The notes under the pieces were generated by a model that was not told the origin of the DNA, ran no database searches, and worked only from the letters and a program-made list of their open reading frames with translations. The position numbers were made by a program, and so were the translations under genes. Of a stretch of DNA of 64,000 nt, positions 9,036-18,752 are shown piece by piece. The first letter of the stretch is position 1. Each line of letters opens with the position of its first letter. Origin of the DNA: a virus. Taxonomy: Duplodnaviria > Caudoviricetes. Location: the IMG/VR virus record IMGVR_UViG_2562617158_000001, positions 1-64,000 of that record. The stretch is one strand, 5' to 3'.

Positions 9036-9400
9036 ACAAGAGAATTTCAATGATGATTGAATCTAATGAAGACACTCGAAAAGTCAAAGCATATGTCTTT
9101 GATGACAAATGGAATTCCTATGAAGGTGTCGCAAGATGCAACGAGTGTGATAAGTTTGATTTCATGGTGGGTGCAAATATCGCCATGGAACGAGCATTGG
9201 AAAATTACAATAAAAGCAACACAGATGACATTGAGATGTGTGACCATTACTTTGTCCCGGATATCATGGGTAAGAGCCTCTACGCTGAAGCCATTTGGTT
9301 TAATGATGACGAAGACAAGAACATGAAAAAGCGTGGCCTTGTCTACAAAACCAAAGAAGAAGCCATTGCACGAGCAAAGGAAATGCTCGGGATTGACTAA
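9032..9400 (+). CDS. Hypothetical protein
   Basis: GVARCNECDKFDFMVGANIAMERA; in operon. Confidence 0.65.
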   Translation: MNKRISMMIESNEDTRKVKAYVFDDKWNSYEGVARCNECDKFDFMVGANIAMERALENYNKSNTDDIEMCDHYFVPDIMGKSLYAEAIWFNDDEDKNMKKRGLVYKTKEEAIARAKEMLGID

Positions 9401-9770
9401 AGAACTATTCATCACCATTCCCGTGCCTATCACGGAAAACCATGCCTTTTTCTATCGAAAGGGCATGAAAATCCTTAATAAGCGCGGGAAAGAGTGGATG
9501 AAAAACGCAGAGGATTCCATGCGTGTTGCAATGGAAGAACAGGGATGGCAAACGGTTAACAACGAAAAGGTCATCGTAGAGCTATGGCATTATTGGCCTG
9601 ATAAGCGTGTACGTGATTGTTCCAACTCATTGAAGCTGCTCTGTGATTCCATTCAGAATGCAGGGATTGTCAATAATGACCGATGGCTCTTGTGTAGGCA
9701 ACAGGATTTCAGTGTTGACCGTGAGAATCCTCGGCTAGAAATGAGAATACGGAGATTTAACAATGAGTAA
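9393..9770 (+). CDS. rusA: RusA-family Holliday junction resolvase
   Basis: RDCSNSLKLLCDSIQNAGIVNNDRW matches RusA D-x-x-N..K...D....G...DD; TTG start inferred. Confidence 0.8.
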   Translation: MTKELFITIPVPITENHAFFYRKGMKILNKRGKEWMKNAEDSMRVAMEEQGWQTVNNEKVIVELWHYWPDKRVRDCSNSLKLLCDSIQNAGIVNNDRWLLCRQQDFSVDRENPRLEMRIRRFNNE

Positions 9771-10149
9771 ATATGAGAAAATGGCAAAATATCTCGGCGT
9801 AGAAATGAACGCTCCATTCAACGTCAAAGCGGCCACAGGGTACATCTTTGGGTGTCCATACAGGGTTACTGAGAACGGCATCTATGACCGAAGTGGCAAC
9901 CGTGCACAGCTTAATGAGCTTGGGGCGATGTTCTCTGGAACAACCAAGATTGTACCGTGCGAAAACAAGCGCGAGGCAATGCATATGGGCGATATTTTCT
10001 ACTATATCGATATTGATGGAAACATCAAGTATGGGTATTGGATGAACGAGTGTAAACACCTTGGTATTTTTGGCAATGTATTCAAGAACAAGGACGAAGC
10101 CAGGGAGTATAGTAATAAGATTCAAGTTATACTGAATAATAGAAAGTGA
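9763..10149 (+). CDS. Hypothetical protein
   Basis: In operon, overlaps upstream stop. Confidence 0.65.
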   Translation: MSKYEKMAKYLGVEMNAPFNVKAATGYIFGCPYRVTENGIYDRSGNRAQLNELGAMFSGTTKIVPCENKREAMHMGDIFYYIDIDGNIKYGYWMNECKHLGIFGNVFKNKDEAREYSNKIQVILNNRK

Positions 10150-10160
10150 GTGGTGTGTAA

Positions 10161-12344
10161 ATGGTAAAAGTCGTGAAACGCAATGGAAGCCTTGCCGATT
10201 TTGATAAGTCAAAGATTTCCAATGCAATCCTTAAGGCAATGACTGTTGGTAACACAATCAATGAGTCTATTGCTAGCCAGATCGCTGATGACGCAGAACA
10301 TCAATACAAAGACAAAGAAAAGGTCAGTATCTCCGATATTGAAACCTTTGTATTTAATGAACTCTGTAAATATGGTCAGCAGATGACGGCAAAAGCCTAC
10401 GAAGGATACCGCTCAATCCGTGAATTCCAGAGAAAGGCTAGCAATTCCATTGAAAAACAGGTGAAGGAACTTGTAAATGGAGATAGTGACTATTGGAATA
10501 ACGAGAACTCCAATAAAAACGCCAAGCTAGTTACAACTCAGCGCGACTACATGGCAGGGATTATTTCAAAGGAAATCACACGGAAATACATTCTTACCCC
10601 GGACGTTGTTCAGGCTCATGACGATGGTATTATCCATTTCCATGATATCGACTACATGGGACAGAACGCACTCACGAACTGTTGTTTGATTAACCTTGAT
10701 GATATGCTGCAGTATGGCACTGTCATCAACAAGGTGAAAATTGACAAGCCGCATCGACTTATTACGGCAACTACACTTGCAACACAGATTATTACAGCCG
10801 TTACTAGCTCTCAGTATGGTGGCGCAACGATTACCTTATCACACCTTGCCCCGTTCGTTCGCGATTCCTTTAACCGTTACTATGCAAAATATAAACTTCG
10901 TAATTGCAGCGAGTCTAAATGTGAGAAGTTTGCATGGGAAGATATCAAAAAGGAAATTGAAGATGCCGTACAGACATTCAACTACCAAATCAATTCGATG
11001 ACAACGACGAATGGCCAGAGTCCTTTCATTACAGTATTCATGTATGTCAATGAGCGTAAGGGATACGAAAAGGAGACCGCAATGCTTATCGAGGAATTCC
11101 TTCGTCAGCGCATCAAAGGTATGAAGAATAAATCTGGTGAATACGTCACTCAGGCATTTCCTAAACTCATCTATGTCCTTGATTCTGATAACGTAGAGCC
11201 GGGTACTAAATACTTCTGGTTGACTGAACTGGCAGCTCGTTGTACGGCCAAGAGAATGAATCCAGACTATGTCAGTGCAAAAATCATGAAGGAATACAAG
11301 GGTGCAGTATTCCCGAGCATGGGCTGTCGCAGCTGGCTTACTAAAGACCGTACAACGGAAAACCTTGCGAACGCAAAGAATTGGGAGAAAGGCAATAAAT
11401 ACTATGGCCGTGTAAATCAGGGCGTTGTTACTATTAACCTTCCAGACGTCGCATTGAGTTCTAGCAAAGACATGGATGCATTCTGGAAAATCCTTGATAA
11501 GCGACTGGAATTATGCCATAAGGCTCTGCGGATTCGCCATGAGCATTTGTTGGGAACATTAAGTGACGTTGCACCAATTCTCTGGCAGGACGGTGCATTC
11601 GCCAGACTCGCTCCACACGAGAAGATTGATAAGCTGCTGTACAATGGCTATTCGACGATTTCTCTTGGATATGCGGGACTCTACGAATGTGTAAAGTACA
11701 TGACAGGGAAGTCCCATGCAGATATGGGTGAAGGTGAATCGTTTGGACTCAAGGTCATGCAGCGACTCAATGACAAGTGCAACGAATGGAAAGATGCCGA
11801 GAACATTGACTATAGTGTCTATGGAAGTCCTATCGAGAGTACGACATATAAGTTCGCTAAATGCCTTAAGAAGCGTTTTGGTATTGTCAAGGGAATCACC
11901 GACCATGACTATATTACCAATAGCTATCATATCAATGTACGCGAAGCGATTGACCCGTTCAAGAAACTGGATATCGAGAGCCGTTTCCAGAGACTGAGTC
12001 CTGGTGGTGCAATCAGTTATATTGAATGTGGCGACCTTACCCATAATATTCCTGCTGTCTTATCCGTACTAAAACACATCTATAACACGATGGTGTATGC
12101 AGAGCTGAATATTAAGAGTGACTATTGTCAGGTATGCGGATACGATGGGGAAATCAAGATTATCGACAGGGATGGTAAATTAGAATGGCAGTGCCCAAAC
12201 TGCGGTAACACAGACCAGTCCAAAATGAACGTCGCAAGGCGCACATGCGGCTACATTGGAACCAATTACTGGAATCAGGGTAGGACACAGGAAATCGCAG
12301 AACGCTATGTTCATTTAACAGATATCGAGGATGATGAAATGTGA
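10161..12344 (+). CDS. nrdD: Anaerobic (class III) ribonucleoside-triphosphate reductase
   Basis: N-terminal ATP cone (VVKRNG..FDKSKI), SMGCRS, CQVCG/CPNCG zinc site, RRTCGYIG glycyl-radical loop. Confidence 0.97.
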   Translation: MVKVVKRNGSLADFDKSKISNAILKAMTVGNTINESIASQIADDAEHQYKDKEKVSISDIETFVFNELCKYGQQMTAKAYEGYRSIREFQRKASNSIEKQVKELVNGDSDYWNNENSNKNAKLVTTQRDYMAGIISKEITRKYILTPDVVQAHDDGIIHFHDIDYMGQNALTNCCLINLDDMLQYGTVINKVKIDKPHRLITATTLATQIITAVTSSQYGGATITLSHLAPFVRDSFNRYYAKYKLRNCSESKCEKFAWEDIKKEIEDAVQTFNYQINSMTTTNGQSPFITVFMYVNERKGYEKETAMLIEEFLRQRIKGMKNKSGEYVTQAFPKLIYVLDSDNVEPGTKYFWLTELAARCTAKRMNPDYVSAKIMKEYKGAVFPSMGCRSWLTKDRTTENLANAKNWEKGNKYYGRVNQGVVTINLPDVALSSSKDMDAFWKILDKRLELCHKALRIRHEHLLGTLSDVAPILWQDGAFARLAPHEKIDKLLYNGYSTISLGYAGLYECVKYMTGKSHADMGEGESFGLKVMQRLNDKCNEWKDAENIDYSVYGSPIESTTYKFAKCLKKRFGIVKGITDHDYITNSYHINVREAIDPFKKLDIESRFQRLSPGGAISYIECGDLTHNIPAVLSVLKHIYNTMVYAELNIKSDYCQVCGYDGEIKIIDRDGKLEWQCPNCGNTDQSKMNVARRTCGYIGTNYWNQGRTQEIAERYVHLTDIEDDEM

Positions 12345-12805
12345 GATACGCACAGATTCGTAAATTAGATATTTCCAATGGGGAAGGTATTGGAATTGCC
12401 CTGTTTGTTCAGGGATGTCATTTCCATTGCAAGAATTGCTTTAATCAATCCACATGGAATTTCGATGGGGGGAAGCCGTTCACCATTGATGTGAAAAGGC
12501 ATTTCCTGAATCTCGCGAGGAATAAATATGTATCTCGTGTCTCAATCCTCGGTGGCGAACCATTAGCAGCTGAGAATTACCTTGAAGTGGAGCAACTGTG
12601 TAGGGGCATCAATAAACCGATATGGCTTTACACTGGGTACATCTTTAATGAAATCCCATGTAAATCCATCCTTGAATTTGTCGATGTAATTGTCGATGGT
12701 CAATATATTGATAGCCTCAAAGACTTCTCGTTGAAATTCCGTGGTTCATCCAATCAGTATATCTGGAAGAAAGACAAGGACAATCATTGGTATAAGGAGG
12801 AATAA
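12341..12805 (+). CDS. nrdG: Anaerobic ribonucleotide reductase activase (radical SAM)
   Basis: LFVQGCHFHCKNCFN, SILGGEP, FRGSSNQ; follows nrdD. Confidence 0.95.
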   Translation: MRYAQIRKLDISNGEGIGIALFVQGCHFHCKNCFNQSTWNFDGGKPFTIDVKRHFLNLARNKYVSRVSILGGEPLAAENYLEVEQLCRGINKPIWLYTGYIFNEIPCKSILEFVDVIVDGQYIDSLKDFSLKFRGSSNQYIWKKDKDNHWYKEE

Positions 12806-12807
12806 CC

Positions 12808-13050
12808 ATGATTAAGGATATTGCCAATCATGTCTTGTCTATTGGAGACAAGGTTGTCATCATTAGCCGCATCCATAAGCCGTTTGAATCGGAAGGGATG
12901 ATTATTGGACTCAAGGAACTTCTCAACCCGAGCACAAATGTACTCAAGCAGCGTGTCCAGGTAGAAGTCCTTGAAACAGATATTTGTGGCGTAACGAAAT
13001 CATGGTTCAGCCCAATGAACCTCGTCAAGAAGGAGAGTGATTTCCATTGA
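12808..13050 (+). CDS. Hypothetical protein
   Basis: RBS AAGGAGG; IKDIANHVLSIGDKV. Confidence 0.6.
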   Translation: MIKDIANHVLSIGDKVVIISRIHKPFESEGMIIGLKELLNPSTNVLKQRVQVEVLETDICGVTKSWFSPMNLVKKESDFH

Positions 13051-14036
13051 GAAAGCTGGCATCTGTACAGGTCATCCGTAAGTTATCCCCAATCAAAGAC
13101 GCTGACCGCATTGAATTAGCACATATTGAAGGATTTCAATGTGTTGTTCCCAAAGGCCGCCATGTTGGAGACAAGGTTATCTACATTGAAACAGACAGTA
13201 TCTGTCCGAAGAATGAGACATTTGCGTTTCTCAAGGGTAAATCTCATATCAAACTCCAGAAAATCCGTGGCGTATACTCACAAGGCATTGCACTAGAATA
13301 TCATGGGGATGCACCTGTTGGCACGGACATGACAGAAGTACTTGGGATTACCAAATATGAACCTCCACAGCAGCCAGAGGACACCATTGGTGATTTCCCT
13401 TCATTCATTCCTAAGACTGACGAGGTGAGAGCACAGAATATCCTTGAGCTGCTTACGAAGTACAAAGGTGTTCCGTGTTATGCAACGGAAAAGCTAGACG
13501 GATCGTCGTGCACTATTTACCGCAAGGGAAAGCATATAGGCGTCTGTACTAGAAAGCGTGAGGTTGACAATACATCCCGTATGTACCAGACAGCAGAAAA
13601 ACAGGGACTTATTAAGTTTCTCACGTTTAAAGACTCTGGAAATTCATATGCCGAACACGATTGGGACTTTGCATTGCAGGGTGAGTTTGTAGGACCAAAA
13701 GAACAGGGGAACCATCTGCATTTGTCCGAGCCGCACATCTACATCTTCTCAGTATATGACATCAATAAACAGGGGTACTTCGACCAAGACTCAATGGATG
13801 TATTCCTTGGTTCCCATGATGTTGATACCGTGCCAGTCATTGATGAATTCAATTTGACCGACGATATTGATGCACTGGTGAAACGTGCTATTGGCAATAG
13901 TACCTTTGGCAATTTCCCTAGAGAGGGCATTGTAATTCGTCCGATTGAACCGATTGAAGGACTCATTGGATTCCCAGGCAATCGTTTTTCCTTTAAGGTT
14001 ATCAACCCTGAATATCAGATGAAGAAAGGGGAATGA
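13047..14036 (+). CDS. ATP-dependent RNA ligase (Rnl2/DRB0094-type, N-terminal OB/tRNA-binding-like domain)
   Basis: MRKLAS...ADRIELA N-term; TEKLDGSS (motif I), QGEFVG, REGIVIR, FKVIN. Confidence 0.85.
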   Translation: MRKLASVQVIRKLSPIKDADRIELAHIEGFQCVVPKGRHVGDKVIYIETDSICPKNETFAFLKGKSHIKLQKIRGVYSQGIALEYHGDAPVGTDMTEVLGITKYEPPQQPEDTIGDFPSFIPKTDEVRAQNILELLTKYKGVPCYATEKLDGSSCTIYRKGKHIGVCTRKREVDNTSRMYQTAEKQGLIKFLTFKDSGNSYAEHDWDFALQGEFVGPKEQGNHLHLSEPHIYIFSVYDINKQGYFDQDSMDVFLGSHDVDTVPVIDEFNLTDDIDALVKRAIGNSTFGNFPREGIVIRPIEPIEGLIGFPGNRFSFKVINPEYQMKKGE

Positions 14037-14266
14037 TTATGAGAAGACGTGTAGCAAAGTTTGATTTCGAGACTTGCATGGATGAACATGTAGACAAGCG
14101 CATCGTAAATATCCTTATGGAGTTACAGAACGACTACTTTGTCAAGCTGGAGATTGCCAGACAGACAGATAATGAATCCGCTAAAGAGGCAGCCAAAGAA
14201 GCCTACCTTACGCTAGTCATGTCCTGTCCCGTTGGTACTCTAGTACCATGTGACAATGCCCATTAA
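14033..14266 (+). CDS. Hypothetical protein
   Basis: In operon. Confidence 0.55.
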   Translation: MIMRRRVAKFDFETCMDEHVDKRIVNILMELQNDYFVKLEIARQTDNESAKEAAKEAYLTLVMSCPVGTLVPCDNAH

Positions 14267-14432
14267 GGCATACCTCATTGCAGATAACCATGGCAATGTG
14301 TGGACAATGCGTTCCACCATTGCCGCTGCAATGGAAAAAGCAGAGGAGTTGCATGCAGCTCATCCTCTAATCCGATATAGAATTCATGAAGTGACCAAGA
14401 CTCAGATTGTAAAACGGGAGGAATTATATTGA
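14250..14432 (+). CDS. Hypothetical protein
   Basis: In operon. Confidence 0.5.
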   Translation: MTMPIKAYLIADNHGNVWTMRSTIAAAMEKAEELHAAHPLIRYRIHEVTKTQIVKREELY

Positions 14433-15475
14433 ATATCAAAGACCATTTAGAAGGAAATAAATACGGAAAACTTACTGTTATTGAGAGGGATAAAAACAAA
14501 GGAGGTTCACACTGGATATGCAAATGTGACTGCGGAAACATAACTTCTGTAGTAGGTACAGACCTAAAATTAGGTAAAACTAAATCATGTGGGTGTCTTG
14601 GAAGGGAAATACACAGAGAGAAGAGTACAAAGCACGGGTTTTCTAAGACAAAACTATATAGAATCTGGAAGGGAATGAAAAGCAGATGTTACAGTAAGGG
14701 TCACAATAGTTACAAATATTACGGAGGAAAAGGGATAAAAGTATGCAAGCAGTGGGAGCACGATTTTGTGGCCTTTCGTACATGGTCGCTGAATAACGGA
14801 TATAAGGAAGGACTATCTATAGATAGAATTGATAGTAATAAAGACTACGGGCCAGATAACTGTAGATGGGTGACACCTCTTGTTCAATCCAATAATACTT
14901 CCAGAAATCACATTATTACGTACCACGGGGAATCCAAAACTATGGCAGAGTGGGCAGACGAGGTTGGCATAAAGTATTCCACCTTGAGGGGCAGAATTAA
15001 TACCAGTAAATGGCCTATAGAAAAAGCCCTGTTTGCTCCCTTACAGCGTCAAGAAGAAGCCGTTATCAAAGTAAAGTATAGAGATAGTCTTTGCCAATTA
15101 GAACAAAATGGCAGTTGGATAGACCTGAGAGCATCACAAGATTACTCTTACAAAAAAGGAGATTTTATAATGATAGACTTAGGTGTTTGTATTAAATTAC
15201 CAGAAAGACATGAAGCACATCTACTTCCTCGTTCAAGTACATTTAAGAGATATGGCTTGATTATGACTAATTCTATGGGAATTATCGACTCCGCATACTC
15301 GGGAAATGATGATTGGTGGGCAATGCCATGTCTTGCAGTAAGGGATGGAGAAATCCATAAAGGGGATAGAGTTGCACAGTTTAGGATTGCAAAAGAGCAA
15401 CCCGTTATGTATGCAGAATCCGTTGACCATCTTGATGATGTATCTCGTGGCGGCTTTGGGAGTACAGGAAGATGA
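14429..15475 (+). CDS. dut: Fusion of HNH-type homing endonuclease (N-term ~210 aa) and trimeric dUTPase (C-term ~135 aa)
   Basis: N: GKLTVI..WICKCDCG..TKSCGC..IWKGMKSRC..YGGKGI..SIDRIDSNKDYGPDNCRW; C: IDLRA, PRSS, GIIDSAYSG, AQF, RGGFGSTG; one uninterrupted frame. Confidence 0.88.
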   Translation: MNIKDHLEGNKYGKLTVIERDKNKGGSHWICKCDCGNITSVVGTDLKLGKTKSCGCLGREIHREKSTKHGFSKTKLYRIWKGMKSRCYSKGHNSYKYYGGKGIKVCKQWEHDFVAFRTWSLNNGYKEGLSIDRIDSNKDYGPDNCRWVTPLVQSNNTSRNHIITYHGESKTMAEWADEVGIKYSTLRGRINTSKWPIEKALFAPLQRQEEAVIKVKYRDSLCQLEQNGSWIDLRASQDYSYKKGDFIMIDLGVCIKLPERHEAHLLPRSSTFKRYGLIMTNSMGIIDSAYSGNDDWWAMPCLAVRDGEIHKGDRVAQFRIAKEQPVMYAESVDHLDDVSRGGFGSTGR

Positions 15476-15786
15476 AACAGAATATTAATGGCATGACCAT
15501 CGTAAGACTCCTGGTTGACTACGGCGACTCTGGATTTCTTTACTGCATGACCATTGCCACAAAGGATAAAGACATGCTTTTTCAGTGCATGAAAGGGTAT
15601 TCCCATGATGTTCGATATCTGGACACCAAGAAGAGAGCAGGGAAGAACGACAAGGGCAACCGTAGACTCCCGGACGGCTCCATTATCATCGGTGCGACTG
15701 CTTTTGGTGACAAGGTATCAGCCAACACAGCCTTTAACAAATCTGAAAACCGTATGAATCTCATTCGTCAGGCGGTGATGGTATGA
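15472..15786 (+). CDS. Hypothetical protein
   Basis: In operon. Confidence 0.6.
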   Translation: MKQNINGMTIVRLLVDYGDSGFLYCMTIATKDKDMLFQCMKGYSHDVRYLDTKKRAGKNDKGNRRLPDGSIIIGATAFGDKVSANTAFNKSENRMNLIRQAVMV

Positions 15787-16343
15787 AGGATTCTATTGAA
15801 CAATTCCTAGATGATTATAAAGCAGGGCGCATTGACGTCAACGCACTCCAAAGGCGAATCAATTATATGGATTGGAGCCAGAATAAGCCGATGGCAATGC
15901 CGATGGATTATATCGAATCCAGTGAGGAGCCATGTGAAACCCTTGTTAACAGAGAGAAGTCTAATGACCTCGCTACGGCATTACATGACCTAAAAATGAA
16001 CCTCTCAGATGATGACTGGAACATGTTTCTCATGACGGCCAATGGTTGTACCCAAGAGGAAATCGCCAACAAGTTACACTATACCCGCAGTTCAGTCATA
16101 CGGCATATGCAGCGCATTGCCAAGATCAAACCTGAGTTACGTACTTTACTGAAAAAGGATACCCCAATGTACTTCGCGGATACGCCAAAGGATAAGCTGC
16201 GGTATCCCATGGACATTGCACGGAAGGTCACTGACCCAGACGGTAAAGTCCGTTGCCACCTTCCTGAATACCTCCATACCCAGGATTGTGACTCTATCTG
16301 TACCTATTGCCAAAACTGTACTCGTAAGACTTCCCAGTGTTAA
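15783..16343 (+). CDS. Sigma70 region-4-like HTH transcription factor with C-terminal Cys cluster
   Basis: LSDDDWNMFLMTANGCTQEEIANKLHYTRSSVIRHMQRI; C-term C..C..C.YC..C. Confidence 0.65.
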   Translation: MKDSIEQFLDDYKAGRIDVNALQRRINYMDWSQNKPMAMPMDYIESSEEPCETLVNREKSNDLATALHDLKMNLSDDDWNMFLMTANGCTQEEIANKLHYTRSSVIRHMQRIAKIKPELRTLLKKDTPMYFADTPKDKLRYPMDIARKVTDPDGKVRCHLPEYLHTQDCDSICTYCQNCTRKTSQC

Positions 16344-16345
16344 AA

Positions 16346-16377
16346 AATAGGGGACTACCTAATAAGTAGCCCCTATT
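16346..16377. terminator. Intrinsic terminator-like hairpin
   Basis: AATAGGGGACTAC-loop-GTAGCCCCTATT, A-tract on left (T-tract on - strand). Confidence 0.6.
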
Positions 16378-16405
16378 AATTCACTTGATTGAGAGGAGAA
16401 TCATT

Positions 16406-17107
16406 TTGAACGTTATTCTGTTAACCCATACCCCAGAGCCAGAGAAAATCATTGCTGCCGCTGCAAAGCTCTGTTATTCCCAGAAAGCTGACATTCAATC
16501 ACTTATGGATGGCCTTGAACCAGATACGGTGAAAACATTCATCTCTAAGCTGATGTCCATGCACCATGAGAGTCCATTGGAACACGTGTCCTTCACCTTT
16601 GCCGTTGAGGATGTATCCCGTGCCCTTCTCGCACAAATCACAAGGCATCGCCTTGCATCCTTCTCTGTACGTTCCCAGAGGTATTGCTCAGAGGAAACCT
16701 TTAAGGCTGTTATACCAGATTCAATAGACAAGGACCCGAAGAAGCGGGTAATCTTCCGTGATGCTATTGTAGATGCGAAGAACGCATACAATGGATTGCA
16801 GAGACTCGGTGTTAAGAACGAGGATGCACGAGCTGTACTCCCTAACGCCTGTTGTACCCGCATGGTGTTCACGATGAACCTGCGTGAGTTATTACATTTC
16901 TTCAACCTTCGTTGCTGTGTTCGTGCTCAGACAGAGATTCGTGAACTTGCAAACCAGATGCTAATTCTCTGCAAAGAAGTCTCTCCGATTCTCTTTGAAC
17001 ACGCTGGTGCGCATTGTGAATCCCTTGGCTATTGCCCAGAAGGAAAAATGAGCTGCGGCAGAGCACCGACAATTGAAAAACTCTTGAGTGTGTATCGTTC
17101 CAAATAA
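16406..17107 (+). CDS. thyX: Flavin-dependent thymidylate synthase
   Basis: HESPLEH, RHRLASFSVRSQRY, ARAVLP, RAQTEIR; TTG start after GAGGAG. Confidence 0.95.
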   Translation: MNVILLTHTPEPEKIIAAAAKLCYSQKADIQSLMDGLEPDTVKTFISKLMSMHHESPLEHVSFTFAVEDVSRALLAQITRHRLASFSVRSQRYCSEETFKAVIPDSIDKDPKKRVIFRDAIVDAKNAYNGLQRLGVKNEDARAVLPNACCTRMVFTMNLRELLHFFNLRCCVRAQTEIRELANQMLILCKEVSPILFEHAGAHCESLGYCPEGKMSCGRAPTIEKLLSVYRSK

Positions 17108-17140
17108 AAAAACAGGGGCTACCTTATGGTAGTCCCTTTT
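17106..17140. terminator. Bidirectional intrinsic terminator between convergent arms
   Basis: A7-GGGGCTACC-TTAT-GGTAGTCCC-TTTT. Confidence 0.8.
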
Positions 17141-17143
17141 GCG

Positions 17144-17419
17144 TTACTCAATTTCCCCTGTCTCCAGATTTAACTTCTTTCCCTTGTCGATCCTGTAAGC
17201 TGTACATGGTCCGTGTTCCATGTCTGTCCATACAAGATGATAGAGAGGTACATATCCGTTCTCAATGTCATCCCCAAGGCGAATACAATCTGATTCCCAT
17301 GTCCCTTCATTCCATTCAAGGTCAGACAAGGGGATGTAATCGCCATCCCTATGACCTACATCTTCAAGAATCTCTCTGATAGTCATGTTGTATACGGTCG
17401 TATCCATTGTAACCTTCAT
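17144..17419 (-). CDS. Hypothetical acidic protein
   Basis: RBS AAGGAG.GAGG before ATG 17419. Confidence 0.65.
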   Translation of the reverse strand: MKVTMDTTVYNMTIREILEDVGHRDGDYIPLSDLEWNEGTWESDCIRLGDDIENGYVPLYHLVWTDMEHGPCTAYRIDKGKKLNLETGEIE

Positions 17420-17443
17420 AGTCCTCACTCCTTGTTCTTGATA

Positions 17444-17986
17444 CTAGTTAACGTACGCTTTCACCTCAAAATACCAGTGGCTTCTAACCCTATCGTGCTC
17501 AGTTACCAGCCGATAGTATCTTTGTGTATCGTGACAGTAGAAGAAGCCACGCCCATATTCCTTCGCATTATCTCTTGCTCTGCATAACTGACGTATTTCT
17601 TCGCTATCCCAAGTATAGTTTTCAGAATCAGTTCCAACGGCAGTGAGTAGTAGAGTAGTGGCAATGTGCTCCAATGCCATTGAATTCGTAGAGTCTGGAA
17701 CAGTCATTGATAGTCCACAAACGTACCCAGGCTCATTCTGGAATACAGCCATAACCCATTCATCTAGATTGTACGTGATGTACATCCGCGTATAGTCGTT
17801 CGGACCTTCTACTTGTCGCATGGGCACGTAGAACTTCACATCGTCTGTGAAACGTGAATTAATAGCTGCTTTAGTCTGTTCTACACTGTATGTTTCGTTT
17901 AGTTCAACCTGTTGTGGACTTGCAAAGGCAACGCTAGACAACAATATCATCATGGTTGAAACTATTGATACAAATACTCTTTTCAT
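17444..17986 (-). CDS. Hypothetical secreted protein
   Basis: Signal peptide MKRVFVSIVSTMMILLSSVAFA. Confidence 0.7.
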   Translation of the reverse strand: MKRVFVSIVSTMMILLSSVAFASPQQVELNETYSVEQTKAAINSRFTDDVKFYVPMRQVEGPNDYTRMYITYNLDEWVMAVFQNEPGYVCGLSMTVPDSTNSMALEHIATTLLLTAVGTDSENYTWDSEEIRQLCRARDNAKEYGRGFFYCHDTQRYYRLVTEHDRVRSHWYFEVKAYVN

Positions 17987-18001
17987 AGTCCTCACTCCTT
18001 G

Positions 18002-18382
18002 TTATTCTACTTCTCTGCCACAGTACCGACAAACCTTGGCGTCTTTTTTGATGTACTCCGCGCAATACGGGCAGACCTTCATGTCAGCCATGTTTGGCTT
18101 AGGGTCTTTAGCAAGGACGCAAATCAAGGCAATCGGGAAAAAGAGAATCCCAAACACTCGCCACAAGCCTAAATCCGTGAAGTTCTTCTGCTCGGCAATG
18201 TCAACAATGATACTAGACAAAAGCCAGTACCCAAAACAGAGAAACGCCAAGGACACCAAGAAACCGCCAAAGTCAAAAAAGTTCGAGTAAGGGCGAACAA
18301 GCGTCTCATAGTAAAGGGCATCAATAAACAGAACGATTGGTGCACCGACGATAAATCTCAATATATTTTTCGTTGTACTCAC
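18002..18382 (-). CDS. Membrane protein with C-terminal double zinc ribbon
   Basis: Three hydrophobic segments; CPYC...CRYC. Confidence 0.7.
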   Translation of the reverse strand: MSTTKNILRFIVGAPIVLFIDALYYETLVRPYSNFFDFGGFLVSLAFLCFGYWLLSSIIVDIAEQKNFTDLGLWRVFGILFFPIALICVLAKDPKPNMADMKVCPYCAEYIKKDAKVCRYCGREVE

Positions 18383-18466
18383 TCCTTATTTATAATCCAA
18401 TCCATACGCGACTCAAGTCATATCAGTTACCTCCTCAGATATACTCTACATCAAATTCCCTATTAA

Positions 18467-18751
18467 TCATAATCGCTTCACGGCGAGTGCAAACGTAATG
18501 GTCTGGCTCATCCTGTCAAGTATAACACAGAAGTTGTTCCCATAGGACTTCTGCATATCTTCGTAGTCTGCATAGCATACTACAGGGTCGCCTTCTTCCT
18601 CGGCAATGACAAAACGACGTTGATGCATCCATTTCTCACGCTCCTCGTCGCTCGTGAACGCATAAGAACTAAAACCGCCGCAGCCAACACCACGGCTCCA
18701 GAACTTTGCATAGAATAGGTTCTTCTTGTTGGTGTTCTTGTCCATAGTCAT
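18467..18751 (-). CDS. Hypothetical protein
   Basis: RBS GAGGAGG; MTMDKNTNK. Confidence 0.6.
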   Translation of the reverse strand: MTMDKNTNKKNLFYAKFWSRGVGCGGFSSYAFTSDEEREKWMHQRRFVIAEEEGDPVVCYADYEDMQKSYGNNFCVILDRMSQTITFALAVKRL

Positions 18752-18752
18752 T

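Noticed and set aside
10161-12344. Intron or intein in nrdD (a frequent target)
   Set aside because: The ORF is continuous, of normal length, with no splicing motifs
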